From: Marsupella aquatica
Taxonomy: Eukaryota > Plantae > Marchantiophyta
DNA: 64,000 nucleotides
Assembly: GCA_973895155.1 (NCBI GenBank)
Contig: OZ316896.1
Coordinates: 9,745,525-9,809,524 of the forward strand
Direction of reading: 5' to 3'
Shown here: positions 27,771-39,255 of the stretch, in pieces
How the letters are laid out: each line of letters starts with the position of its first letter
Position numbering within the stretch: the first letter of the stretch is position 1
Position numbers and translations under genes: made by a program
The notes under the pieces: model-generated
The model's input: only the letters and a program-made list of their open reading frames with translations
What the model was told of the DNA's origin: nothing
Databases searched by the model: none

Positions 27771-29286
27771 CTAAGTTGAACAGCAGGTTTTCTTCTTCGA
27801 GCCAGTATCTTGGTCTTGTCCAGGCACGATCAATTTTGTTCCCATCAAGGGAGCACTTCCATTCGCTTGAGATTTCTCATCTGCAATCAGGGCCTTTTTG
27901 CTTACTATCCTATAAATTTCAGATAGTACTGTGAAGAAAGCTCCCTCAACGTTTGTGGAATCCATGGCAGATGTCTCTAAGAAAAAAAGTCCTTCCCTTT
28001 CCGCGTATTCTTTTGCATCTTCAGTGGGGACCTGCCTGAGGGAACCCAGATCGGATTTATTACCGATAAGCATGATCACAATGTTTGTATCTGCGTGTGC
28101 CTTCAACTCCTCGAGCCAGCGGTGAACATGGTCAAATGATTGTCTCTTTGTGATATCGTACACTAACATAGCTCCAACCGCTCCTCTGTAGTACGCACTT
28201 GTGACGGCTCGGTATCTGCGATCCATATTGTGTACAACTGTCAGTATGGCACAAGTCCAGGAGTGCCCGATATAAGAGGACTAGAAACTATCTCTAGTGC
28301 ACAATGAACGCAAGAGGAGCCATTTGTTCCTGCAATATACATAACCAGAGACACAGTTTTTCCAGGAATACTGAGATATGAAACGGGTGAATTGATCGGA
28401 GAAACAAAGACACGGGCAGCTGATTCAAGTTAACCACTATGTACAAAGCATTGGAAATACAGCACACTGCACATTATCAAGAAAACATCCAAACCCAGAT
28501 CTGAAAGACACTATTAACTACAACCCTACCCCAGTATTCTCCGAAGACACATAGTCATAAGCTTATTCTGGGCTATCTTCTATCATGCAATCGATATGCA
28601 ATTCATAGCTGTCAAGATCTAGTGCAACAGTTCATAGATAAGCGGAAGAGTGCTGGTGAATGCGGCGAACGACGCTAGAAACACAAAAGAGTAGTAGCAT
28701 TGCAACATGACGAAGTATCACCAGACCTACTCATCCTTGATCATAGTGACAGCATCGAACGTTCCAGTTTCTTATGTCTTAAAACGAGGACTTGGCTACA
28801 AAACCAAACGCAAATGCATGGCGTGCTGCGATTGCAAGACTACGCATTGAGCTTAGCTAGTAGTGGATTGGTAATTAGTAGAGAACAAAATGATGAACTA
28901 GCTAGTGTGTGGCAAATAGACGAAGGCCCAACGTCACACAACCCTATCCTTAACGGCGCCAATATGAACCCTATGATGACAAGGAACAATTAGGGCACAA
29001 TCTAAGACAATCAGCGACTATGAATTCAAGACAGATTCAATTTGAACCACACATACCTCTCTTGTCCAGCTGTGTCCCAGATTTGTGCTTTGACTGTCTT
29101 TTGCTGAACCTGGATGGTTCGAGTTTGGAACTCGACACCAATGGTTGCTTTGGACTCCAAACTGAATTCATTCCGAGAAAATCGCGCAAGCAGCTGCGAC
29201 TTGCCCACCGCAGAGTCCCCAATTAGAACCACCTTGAAAACATAGTCTATCTTATTGTCATACTCCCCAAATCCGTTCGACATCAT
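27771..29286 (-). CDS. RABA: RabA (Rab11-like) small GTPase, most similar to the RabA4/A3 subclass; 2 coding exons
   Basis: Exons 29286/29283-29057 and 28215-27771, with the intron in the WDTAGQER|YR position. Motifs [32 protein letters not shown] and C-terminal CCST prenylation signal. Confidence 0.95.
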
Positions 29287-31069
29287 CGTTACGATACCGT
29301 TGGCCCCAACCAAGCTAGGGCTTGCAGCTACAAGAAATCCTACAAAGCTCCTTCGTCCCGGCGAACTCCAACGAATCCAATTCCCAGCGCCGCTCTGATG
29401 TTGTAGGTTGAAAGTCAAGCGATCTCCTGTCTGTGAATGAGGAGCGGCATCAACAATAATGGTAACAAAGCATTGCAGTTGTCTCGATACGTCTGACTGA
29501 AAATCAAAGTTCGGGTAGTTTCGCCTTCCTTGATCAGATTCACAAGAGCCTGCGGAGCAACGCAAAAAGGAATAATGTTTAGTTAAAATGACATAGGCAC
29601 TCAATCCTCTGAAGGCTCGTACCTACTTCCATCTGAACAAACCATCCGTGATCCATCGGATGTCAATCGAGATGAATCTCCCAAACCAAAACAACATCGA
29701 ATTTGTAGTAACGGACCGAATGAACCAAATGTCGACTGTTGGTATAAAATGATCAACAGCAATTGGGCACGCGTAACATTTCGACGAAAAAAACTCAATA
29801 TCACAGTTAGTCCTCTTCCGGCCAAAGGAAGTTACTTTGCCAGCCACTATCACCATTTCTTCCCGGAGAAACGAGTCCACCTGCATCGATGAACCAATAG
29901 ATCCATGCCCCTGCTTGTCTATCGCAAGCAGAACGAAGACGAAGATGCAGGAGGAAGGGTGGAATGTTATAGTGTGGAGTCAGGAGGAGCCAATCAATGC
30001 AAGTGACGAAAGGGCAGCTGGCTAACATCAATGAAAGCAGAGGCAGAGGCCATGCGAAACAAGGACAAGAACAGGCTCAAGAACAGCAGCACACAGCGGT
30101 TCAACCAGATACAAATGCTTTCAAGCGAAAAGAAAATTTTCTTCCAGACAGACGGAAACCGGATACACGACAAGACAAACAGCCAGCCACGCCGAAAGCA
30201 CACAAAATCACATTCAGCTGATGATCAACAATCGAGCCCGCGAGAGACAGATCGAAGACCTACACCATTCCTCCCGGCTTCACGCAGTCTCCAATATCTC
30301 CAAATCTCACTCACCGATCTGTAATCTTACGTCCCACCGGAGAGTCGCACAACATCCCGTTGCGTTGTCCGGCAGTCAGGTGAGGTCAGTGTCTGCGGCA
30401 CGCAGGGAGGCAGGCAGGCGTAGAGAGAGAGAGAGAGCGAACACCCGCAGCCCGCAGGTAATAAGGCAGTCGCACTGAAGTCTAATCGTGCTTTCGATCG
30501 AAAACCTGATGAAAACGGTCAGAACAGAAAAGTCTATCCCCGCTGCGCTCTTTCTTGACGCAATCGCGCTGCTCATTAAAGAAACAATCGTCAATCAAGC
30601 AAGCAAGCACTTCAGTGAGACCCACAAGTCTTGAACTGACAACGCCGAGCCAAGGAGCCCGATGAGCAATGATGCGAGACAGAGAGAGAGCGAGAGCCTG
30701 CGCTTGGTCGTACCTCAAGTCCCGCACCGCACCGCACTACACGCGAGTCGAGGGATCGAGTCTTCAGGACCGTCAGTATCGAATGTGCAGGGCGAATTTC
30801 CGAAACACGAGCAACGAGCGATGGCTGACCGAGTTGATCAGTGTCTTCCTCTCTTTTCTTTCTTGCTGGCTAGACTAATGTCATCTCTTGGGGGCGTGCG
30901 GAGGACTCGCAGCACACCGTTGCGGGTAGATCCTCCTACTACTCTACTCTGCGTTTGCGCGGATTCGTGCTTTGCATCGACGAATCAGTCGTAACTATAC
31001 GAAGAGCTTTTCACTCGACTGACTTGTTGTCTCTGGAGTCGAAAGGAAGAACGAAAGGACAAACAAAAA

Positions 31070-32527
31070 ATTTCTAATTGGAACGGTCATCGCAATGTAA
31101 TGTAATGTAATCAGTGTGACTGTAAGGGGGTGACTTACATGTCATTTGAGGGGCATGACATGTAAACCCTTCTCCTTCTCTGGCTTTGCTCTCTGTCATG
31201 AACACCATAGATCTAGGCAATTGGGTCGAGAGATCCATGGTGGAGATATTTTTATTGGCCCAAACAACCTGCACGAATGAAGCAAAGGACACGCAAAAGC
31301 AAAAGCATTCTAACTGGAACTCATTGCAATGTAATGTGATGTGATCAGTGTGACTGTAAGGGGGTGTCTTACATGTCATTTGAGGGCATGACATGTAAAC
31401 CCTTCTCCCTCTCTGGCTTTGCTCTCTGTCATGAACACCCTAGATCTAGGCAATTGGGTCGAGAGATCCATGGTGGAGATATTTTTCTTGGCCAAAGCAA
31501 TTCTGCAAGAATGAAGGAAAGGACAAGCAAAAGCAAAAGCATTCTAATTGGAACGTTCATCGCAATGTAATGTAATGGAATCAGTGTGACTGTAAGGAGG
31601 TGACTTACATGTCATTTGAGGGGCATGACATGTAAATCTCTCTGTCATGGACACCCTAGATCTAGGCAATTGGGTCGAGAGATCCATGGTGGAGATATTT
31701 TCCTTGCCCAAAGCAATCTGCAAGAATGAAGGAAAGGGATAAGCAAAGCAAAAGCATTCTAATTGGAAGGTCATCGCAATGTAATGTAATGTAATGGAAT
31801 CAGTGTGACTGTAAGGAGGTGACTTACATGTCATTTGAAAGGCATGACATGTAAACCCCTCGCTCTTGCTGGCTTTGCTCCCTGTCATGGACACCCTAGA
31901 TCTAGGCAATTGGGTCGAGAGATCCATGGTGGAGATTCTTCTTTTGGCCAAAACAATCCTGCAAGAATGAAGGAAAGGACAAGCAAAAGCAAAAGCATTC
32001 TAATTGGAATGGTCATTGCAATGTAATGTAATCAGTGTGACACTGTAATGGGGTGACTTACATGTCATTTGAGTGGCCTGACTTGTCAACCTTTCTGCTC
32101 TTTGTCATGGAATCTCTTCAGAAACCCTAGATCTAGGCAATTGAGTCGAGAGACCCAAGGTGGAGATATTTTCATTGGCCAAACAAATCCTGTAAGAATG
32201 AACCAAAGGACAAACAAAGGCATTCTACTTGGAGCGGGTCACCGCAATGTAATGTAATGTAATTGGTGTGACACTGTAAGGGGGGACCTACATGTCAATT
32301 GAGTGGTATGAGTTGTAAACCGTTTTGCTCTCTGTCATGGAATCCCTTCCAACCCCTAGATCTATGCAATTGGGTCGAGACATCCATGGTGGAGATCTTT
32401 TTCTTGGCCAAACAAATCCTGCAAGAATGAAGGAAAGGACAAGCATTATAATTGGAATGGTCATTGCAATGTAATGTAATCAGTGTGACACTTAAGGGGG
32501 TGATTTTCATGTTATTTGAGTGGCATC
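31070..32527. repeat. Tandem satellite, unit about 215-240 bp, about 6 copies
   Basis: TTCTAATTGGAA...GCAATGTAATGTAAT..CAGTGTGAC..TGACTTACATGTCATTTGAG...CCCTAGATCTAGGCAATTGGGTCGAGAGATCCATGGTGGAGAT recurs at about 31072, 31309, 31542, 31757, 31998, 32223 and 32449. A further remnant lies at about 32890. Confidence 0.92.
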
Positions 32528-32552
32528 ACTAACCAGCAAATGCATGTGTACT

Positions 32553-32681
32553 TTCTTTTTTATAAATAAGTTTTAAGGGGAAATCTGAAACCCCCAAAGG
32601 AAAGTCATTCACAACATTTGAACCCAATACCTATACCTCATCACTCAAATGAGCTATCACACAGCCATACCTCTCTGGGCC
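32553..32681 (-). mobile_element. tRNA-derived SINE (copy 1)
   Basis: Minus strand reads GCCCAGAGAGGTATGGCTGTGTGATAG..(A box)..GGGTTCAAAT (B box)..GACTTTCCTTTGGGGGTTTCAGATTTCCCCTT plus an A-rich tail. Flanked by a near-perfect 13-bp TSD, ATGCATGTGTACT / ATGCATGTATACT. Confidence 0.7.
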
Positions 32682-33727
32682 ATGCATGTATACTCCTATA
32701 GACAAAATGCAGTCATATCATCCTTTAGTGAGGATTGACCTAAATCTATTTTTGTGTTATTTCAAAGAATCCCTGTAATATTAGAGGATGAAATGGTTGG
32801 CCTGCACTAATCCACAGATTGCACTTATCCACATTGCATTTATACGCTGTTTACAACCTTTCTCTCCTTCACACTCTTCTCTGTAATGGAATCCCTCCTA
32901 GATCTAGCAATTGGTTGGAGAGATCCATTGTGTAGATTTTTTCCGGCCTAACAAATCCTGACCCAGAAATTGGACAAAGAGAAATTATGGAGGAGAGCAG
33001 GGAGGAGAAATGCAGAGAAATGCAAAAAGTACCTAAAGGTCTGACTAGGCAAGCACATTCCTACTTGCAAGCAGTCCTGAGGTTGGGGGAGCAGGTTGGC
33101 CACCCCCCCAAGTCCCACTCCCCACCTTGTCACAGTGGGCGTACAAAAATGCTTTGAACTTGAATGTTGTACATGAATGTTTTAAACTGGCAACATCTTT
33201 CTTACATGGATTACACAACTAGTCCTCATTTTTGGAGACTCTTGCTTGCCAAAATCAGATCCCACCCTTCTCCAGAGATGGTTTCCTGAGGTCACCACCC
33301 CTCCTGAGCTCATCCAATGGGCTGTAACTATAGCAGCTACTTGCCCAAGTCGTTAAGGAAACTCTGATGGCAAAGCGACTAGCTGGGCCAGGTGAGAATA
33401 ATAATAATAATAATAATCAGGTCTCTGACCAGAGAGCTCTTTAGTCACACAAAGACCAATGAGGGGTCTCTGCATTTCTTACTGCCCGGCTACATCTGTA
33501 GGTACCATAAATTACCATTATTCTTAAATATGGTACCCTTAGTTTCATATTTAAGTTTTTGGGTCTCACTAGTACAGTATGACATCTCTTTGTTCAGTCA
33601 AGAATAATGACATTTGGATTGTTAGTGCTTATACTAGTGTAACTACTTCTTAATAATAGACTGATTTATTATGTAGCTTAATTTTGATCAACTTTTAAGT
33701 ACTTTGTCACTAAAGATATTGTAATTG

Positions 33728-33870
33728 ACAATACTGTCACTATTTTTTTGGTATTTATAAAAATGTCACAGTTTCATATATGGATGACAAGTTTACCAAG
33801 GTAACCAAGGGGGACTATATACGGAAACCGTGGCATTTTTACAATACAAAAAAATCAGTTACAATATTGT
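33728..33870. mobile_element. Hairpin/MITE related to the 24475-24850 element
   Basis: ACAATACTGTCACTATTTTTTTGGTATTTATAAAAATGTCACAGTTTC is inverted at GAAACCGTGGCATTTTTACAATACAAAAAAATCAGTTACAATATTGT. Shares the ACAA(T/G)ACTGTCACTA terminus. Confidence 0.6.
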
Positions 33871-34617
33871 ACTTAAAAGCTGTAATTTTGATTGATCAGT
33901 TTGGTCTTTGGTCCTTTCCCAAAATTATGATTGATCTAGAGTCATTCCTGCCTTTTGTTTTGGCTGACTAATAATAAGGTCTTACCCACATTGTGATGGG
34001 AAAGAGACTTTTGAGGCACTTATGTGGCCTTTTTCTTCAAGTGTAAATGAGCCTTGCAATTTATGTGAGAAGAAACCTCTTTTACACTTACATGGCAAAG
34101 CAAAATAGCCTTTGGTGGTTTCAATGCTTTGTCATTGCCTGTATATACTATTAATAACATGTTTATCTGGAACATGTTTCAATTTTTTTTTGTCTTGTAA
34201 TGATATGTAAATGATATAATTTATTTAGGATAAAAGAAGAGAGTAGAAATGCAGTATATGCCAAGAAAATAGTATGAATTAAGGGTGAGTGAGATAATAC
34301 AAAAGCATAAGTAGAGCAGATGCATGGACACATGCAATTTAAAGAAAAATGACATAATAACTACTAACTAAGTACAAAGGTACCTATGGTTGTGCTCATA
34401 AGCAAAGATCTTCACTTGCCCTAGGTAATGACAATCATTTTAGTTTAAAACCATAAACTTAATGAAGAAAGTCACAAGGGGAACTTAAAGTCACAGGGTG
34501 TGCAAATTGTTCAAAATAATTTCTCACTCATGAGAAAAGACAGAACTTCTATCAAGTGGTAGAAATTCACTAGAGTGATTGAATTCATAATATTGAAATC
34601 TAACATTAGCGCAATTT

Positions 34618-34770
34618 GCCCAGAGAGACATGACTTTGTGGTAGAACACTTGACTAGAGACTAATAGGTCCTAGGTTCAACTATGGTGGCTACAATTCCC
34701 AACTATTGTGGCTGACTTTTCCCTTTCTGTGGGGTTTCACAGATTTCCCTTTTAAATTATTTTTTAAAAA
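34618..34770 (+). mobile_element. tRNA-derived SINE (copy 2)
   Basis: GCCCAGAGAGACATGACTTTGTGGTAGAAC (A box)...GGTTCAACT (B box)...GACTTTTCCCTTTCTGTGGGGTTTCACAGATTTCCCTTT plus a T/A tail. Flanked by ATTAGCGCAATTT / ATTAGCGGGATTT. Homologous to the 32553-32681 copy. Confidence 0.7.
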
Positions 34771-35370
34771 ATTAGCGGGATTTATAGGATAGCAAACTAA
34801 GACCAAAATTCAAAATCCTCTAGGATGACAATAATTAAAGGAGTACGAGGGAGCCAACAGAAATTCAAAATCCTCTAGGATAGCAATAATTAATCATACA
34901 CACAACTCACCTTGTTAAGGCACATTGAAATTAAATTCTATGACACAAATCTGAATAAGACAAAACACGGAAATTGGATTCACCATACAGCAGCATCGAT
35001 AAGTTCTTGCAAGGCAAAAAACAGCTTAGTGTGGTTTCGATATTTTTTGTCATTGCATGCATATGTATATTGTGGGGAGAAGTTGGAACAGATCTATGTG
35101 ATTGTTTTCCCCATATTGAATGATCACTTGCAAAGTACTTGATGGTTTGTTTGACAGTTGGATGCCACCTCTTGTGGTTTCAATGCTTTATGTCATTGTC
35201 TGCATATGCATACTCCTACTGTAGGGAGAAGTTGGAAATAGATCTACGCTATCATTTTCCCCATATTGGATGATCACTTGCAAACTACACTCTTTACAGT
35301 ATTTAGTCTCACGAAACAATTAGTGTCACACACACTAATTAGGGGTATCCCTTGATTTTCAGCCAACTAA

Positions 35371-35791
35371 TGTTGAGCATAGACGACGATCGCAACGGCA
35401 AGCCCATGAACCATCCAACGCACAATAGTCGACACAAGAGATACGTGGTTCACCTCCTTGAGGCTACGTCCACGGGAACACACAAGAGAGCTTTACTGAA
35501 CTCTAAGCCCGTCGGCTATACCGAGTCTCCACAGTGTAAGCTCTCCCTATCTCTCAAGTGGCTCCATAACAATGAGCCTTGGTTCTACCTCTCCAAGCAC
35601 ACATGCCTCTTATGATATAGTGTGCAACTTAGTTGTACCTAACCACATAGTTGTACCTAATCACGTAGTTGTACCTAACCATATAGTTGTACCTAATCAC
35701 GTAGTTGTACCTAACCACGTAGTTGTACCAACCCACGTTGTTGTACCAACCACGTCATACCTAACCTAGACGTAAGAGTAAATACCCAACA
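35371..35791 (-). repeat. 3' LTR of copia copy 1
   Basis: TGTTG...CAACA ends. Differs from the 5' LTR at 3 positions seen by eye. Contains 7 units of an 18-bp tandem repeat. Confidence 0.97.
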
Positions 35792-35803
35792 ATCTTCCCC
35801 TTG
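35792..35803 (-). other. Polypurine tract
   Basis: Minus strand CAAGGGGAAGAT directly before the 3' LTR. Confidence 0.85.
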
Positions 35804-35982
35804 ACTCTGGTCTAGGGGAGAGTAATACTGCCAATGTATATGATCCCTCAGCGGGAAGTTCTGGACAGAAACCAAACCGGTTTCCCTCTCTAACTAGAGC
35901 AAACCAGAACTAAGCCGTAGCCTAATACATAGGAATGAGGAAGAGCATATATCAGTAATTACAATGAATGTTTAAGAAAACT

Positions 35983-38900
35983 CTACTTGTGATGCAATTG
36001 CAAAACCTGCAATACGTCACGGTGTCTAGAGAAACTCTCCAAAGGAATCACTTTGGTAAATGTGTCAGCCGGGTTGAGTTTACCATCAATCTTGACTAGC
36101 TCAAACAAATTATCAAACACAGCCTGCCTGATAAAATGGTACCTGACGTCAATGTGCTTCACTCTGCTGTCCATCACCTGGTTCACAGCAAGGTGGAGCG
36201 CACTTTGACTATCACAATGGAGCTTCACATTCCCCTGTGGCAATCCCATTTCAGTGATAAGTCTATCCAACCAAATCGCTTCCTTTGCTGCTTCCGCAGC
36301 TGCAACATACTCCGCTTCTGTAGTAGACTGAGCAATACACTTCTGCAAAGTAGACCTCCAACTTATGCATCCACCGCCAAGTGTGAACACGTATCCTGTT
36401 GTTGATCTCCTTCGGTCCAAATCTTGTCCATAGTCAGAATCTACATAGCCAATCAATGATCTAGCATTCTTTGCATTCGCATCAAATAAAAGACCATGAT
36501 CCACGATACCCTTCAAGTACCTGATAATCCACTTCACTGCTTCCCAGTGTACCTTCCCTGGATTCGACATGTACCTGCTCACCTTGCCCATAGCCATGGC
36601 AAGATCAGGTCTAGTGCAAGTCATCAAATACATGAGACTCCCCACTGCCTTGTCATATGGAACCTTTGACATCAACCCCTTCTCTGTGTCATCCGTAGGA
36701 CAGAACGCTGATGATAACTTGAAGTGTGGAGCCAACGGGGTACTTACTGGCTTGCTATTCTCCATGTTGAACCTTGCAATTACCTTCCTCGCATAACTGC
36801 TCTGCGTCAACCATAGCTTGCCAGCCTCCAAGTCCCTAGTGATCTCCATACCCAAAATCCTCTTAGCTGGCCGTAAGTCCTTCATCTTAAACTCTGCACT
36901 AAGTAGTGCCTTGAGCTTAACAATCTCAGACCTATCCTTGGCTGCAATTAGCATGTCATCCACATAAAGTACTAAAACAATGAACCCAAAGACAACATTC
37001 TTCACCGATTTCAAATACACACAAGGGTCAAATACACTTCTGTGAAAACCTTGTGACCGAATCCAATCGTCAAACCGCTTGTTCCACTGTCTTGGTGACT
37101 GCTTCAACCCATACAAGGATTTCAGCAATCTGCAAACCAATTCCTCCTGTCCTCTCTTCACAAAACCTAGCGGTTGTCTCATGAAGATCACCTCTTCCAA
37201 TGTGCCATAGAGGAAAGCTGTGACAACATCCATCTGATCTAGGAGCAGACCAAACATTACAACAAGTACACACAATAGTCGTATTGTAGAGTACTTAGCA
37301 ACTGGTGAGAAGACCTCATTGTAATCCACACCTTTCTCTTGTGTGAATCCCTTTGCTACCAATCTAGCCTTGTAGACCTTCGATCCACCTCCTATGGAAT
37401 TATCCTTCAGCTTGTAAATCCACTTGCTGTCCACCACTTGCTGACCCTTAGGCAGCTTAACAAGCTCCCAAGTTTTGTTGTCCTTTAGTGACTGCATCTC
37501 CGTTTGCATTGCTGCAGTCCACTTCTGCTTCTCTATTGAAGCACTTGCCTCATGAAATGAAGAAGGTTCTCCTTCTTCCAAAATTAACGCATCACCCTCA
37601 TCATCAGCTGTAAAATCATCCTCTTGCAGTTGAGATGAATCAACCCACTGTCCATACCTTGATGGAGCGCGTACAGTGCGACCAGATGTTCTTCTAGCCG
37701 ATGACTTCGGTTGATCTACGTGTGCTGGTACAATTTGAAGCTCAATAGCATCCACTTGTTGCTCACCAGCATCAACAAACTCCTCTGGTTCCTCTGGCAC
37801 AGGAACCAGCTCCATAATTGGAGCAACTCCTTCTCTCCGGTCATGCACCTCATAACCAATCTCCCCCTCAACGAGATCCGGGATAGGAGATTTTTCTTTG
37901 TCAGTACGGGAGACCTGAGTATTCTCCCCCTCCTTCAATAATCTGGATTCATTGAAGGAAACATCCCTACTGACAACGAGCTTACAGGCAATAGGATCCC
38001 ATAGCCTATAGGCTTTCACACCACTCTGGTACCCAAGAAAAACACATTTCCTGGAGGTAGGATCCAACTTGGTCCTATTCTGCTTTGGTGTGAGAGCATA
38101 TGCATCACTTCCAAAAATTACCAAGCCATGATAGTCTGCTTGCCGCTTATAGCGCATCTCAAACGGCGTTTTGAAATTGATAGCACTAGAAGGAGAAAGA
38201 TTTACCAAATAAGTTGCGGTATTGACAGCTTCTGCCCAAAATTCTTGTGGTAAACCTGATTGGCTCAACATACTCCGTGACCGCTCCAACAGTGTCCGAT
38301 TGAGCCTCTCAGCGACACCATTCTGCTGCGGAGTATAAACTGTGGTGAGATGGCGAGTTATCCCCTGTTTTGAACAGTACTCTTCAAATTCCATTGAAGT
38401 GTATTCCCCGCCGTTGTCTGACCTCAGACTCTTCACCCTTGTATCCAAACACTTGATCGTGTTTCCAGTCTGATTCTCCACTTGGGCCTTCCACTTCTTA
38501 AAAATGGACAAGACATCAGACTTATGCGTCATGAAATAAATCCACACAAATCTTGAGTAATCATCAATAAATGATACATAGTACAACTTTCCAGAGTGTG
38601 AGGGAGTCGGGGATGGACCCCACACGTCACTATGTATGTACACAAGAACCGCTTTGGAACGATGAGTTCCAACACCAAAAGCACGACGATGCTGCTTTCC
38701 AAGAATGCAATGCTCACAAAACTCTAATTTACAAGATTGCAAATCAGAAATGAGTCCATTCTTCCGTAAGATAGCCAAACCCTTCTCACTCATGTGGCCT
38801 AGCCGTGAATGCCACAGTTGAGTCATCTCCTCGTGAGACTTGGTTACATTGGCCTCTCCACATACAGTATTGCCCTGTAACACATACAAATTCTTTTGTC

Positions 38901-39255
38901 TACTCCCCTTCAAAATCACTGTCTCTCCCGACCTGACTTGAAGTTCACCATCAATAACGCTCCATTGATGACCATTTGAATCCAACACACCGAGTGAAAT
39001 CAGATTCTTACGCATGCCAGGTACATACCTGACTCCGGACACTGTGCGCACAGCGCCATCAAACATTTGAATCTTCACAGACCCAATTCCCTCAATTTGA
39101 CAGGAGTGATCATTTCCCATCAGAACTGAACCGTTTGAAACAGAGTAAGAACTGAAAAACTCACGAATGTAACAAATATGAAAAGAGCAAGCACAATCAA
39201 GAATCCATACATCATCTGCTCTCCTAGATGACGTGCACAGGGCATACCCCCGACT
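35983..39255 (-). CDS. pol: copia Pol (protease, GAG-pre-integrase, integrase, RT, RNase H), open from just after the gag UGA
   Basis: The frame is open from 39255: SRGYALCTSSRRADDVWILDCACSFH (protease), LWHSRLGH..C..C (IN zinc finger), HSDVWG, RSDNGGEY, QNGVAER, YKARLVAKG, QMDVVTAFL, LYVDDML, YVDSD and KHIDVRYH. The ORF track starts it at the internal ATG at 39120. Confidence 0.95.
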   Translation of the reverse strand, partial: SRGYALCTSSRRADDVWILDCACSFHICYIREFFSSYSVSNGSVLMGNDHSCQIEGIGSVKIQMFDGAVRTVSGVRYVPGMRKNLISLGVLDSNGHQWSVIDGELQVRSGETVILKGSRQKNLYVLQGNTVCGEANVTKSHEEMTQLWHSRLGHMSEKGLAILRKNGLISDLQSCKLEFCEHCILGKQHRRAFGVGTHRSKAVLVYIHSDVWGPSPTPSHSGKLYYVSFIDDYSRFVWIYFMTHKSDVLSIFKKWKAQVENQTGNTIKCLDTRVKSLRSDNGGEYTSMEFEEYCSKQGITRHLTTVYTPQQNGVAERLNRTLLERSRSMLSQSGLPQEFWAEAVNTATYLVNLSPSSAINFKTPFEMRYKRQADYHGLVIFGSDAYALTPKQNRTKLDPTSRKCVFLGYQSGVKAYRLWDPIACKLVVSRDVSFNESRLLKEGENTQVSRTDKEKSPIPDLVEGEIGYEVHDRREGVAPIMELVPVPEEPEEFVDAGEQQVDAIELQIVPAHVDQPKSSARRTSGRTVRAPSRYGQWVDSSQLQEDDFTADDEGDALILEEGEPSSFHEASASIEKQKWTAAMQTEMQSLKDNKTWELVKLPKGQQVVDSKWIYKLKDNSIGGGSKVYKARLVAKGFTQEKGVDYNEVFSPVAKYSTIRLLCVLVVMFGLLLDQMDVVTAFLYGTLEEVIFMRQPLGFVKRGQEELVCRLLKSLYGLKQSPRQWNKRFDDWIRSQGFHRSVFDPCVYLKSVKNVVFGFIVLVLYVDDMLIAAKDRSEIVKLKALLSAEFKMKDLRPAKRILGMEITRDLEAGKLWLTQSSYARKVIARFNMENSKPVSTPLAPHFKLSSAFCPTDDTEKGLMSKVPYDKAVGSLMYLMTCTRPDLAMAMGKVSRYMSNPGKVHWEAVKWIIRYLKGIVDHGLLFDANAKNARSLIGYVDSDYGQDLDRRRSTTGYVFTLGGGCISWRSTLQKCIAQSTTEAEYVAAAEAAKEAIWLDRLITEMGLPQGNVKLHCDSQSALHLAVNQVMDSRVKHIDVRYHFIRQAVFDNLFELVKIDGKLNPADTFTKVIPLESFSRHRDVLQVLQLHHK

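Noticed and set aside
29287-29604. N-terminal extension of RabA suggested by the ORF track
   Set aside because: Rab homology starts at MMSNG. The upstream frame crosses a likely 5' UTR intron acceptor near 29551 and has no recognisable features.
31074-32510. Repeated short ORFs (STMDLSTQLPRS...) as a peptide gene cluster
   Set aside because: Frames and stops differ between satellite units and indels are not multiples of three.
34630-34695. tRNA gene
   Set aside because: A and B boxes are present but there is no full cloverleaf or acceptor stem. The tail, TSD and second copy indicate a SINE.
35572-35769. (VVPNH)n ORFs, also at 41646 and 59101
   Set aside because: These are antisense readings of the 18-bp LTR repeat with no evidence of coding function.
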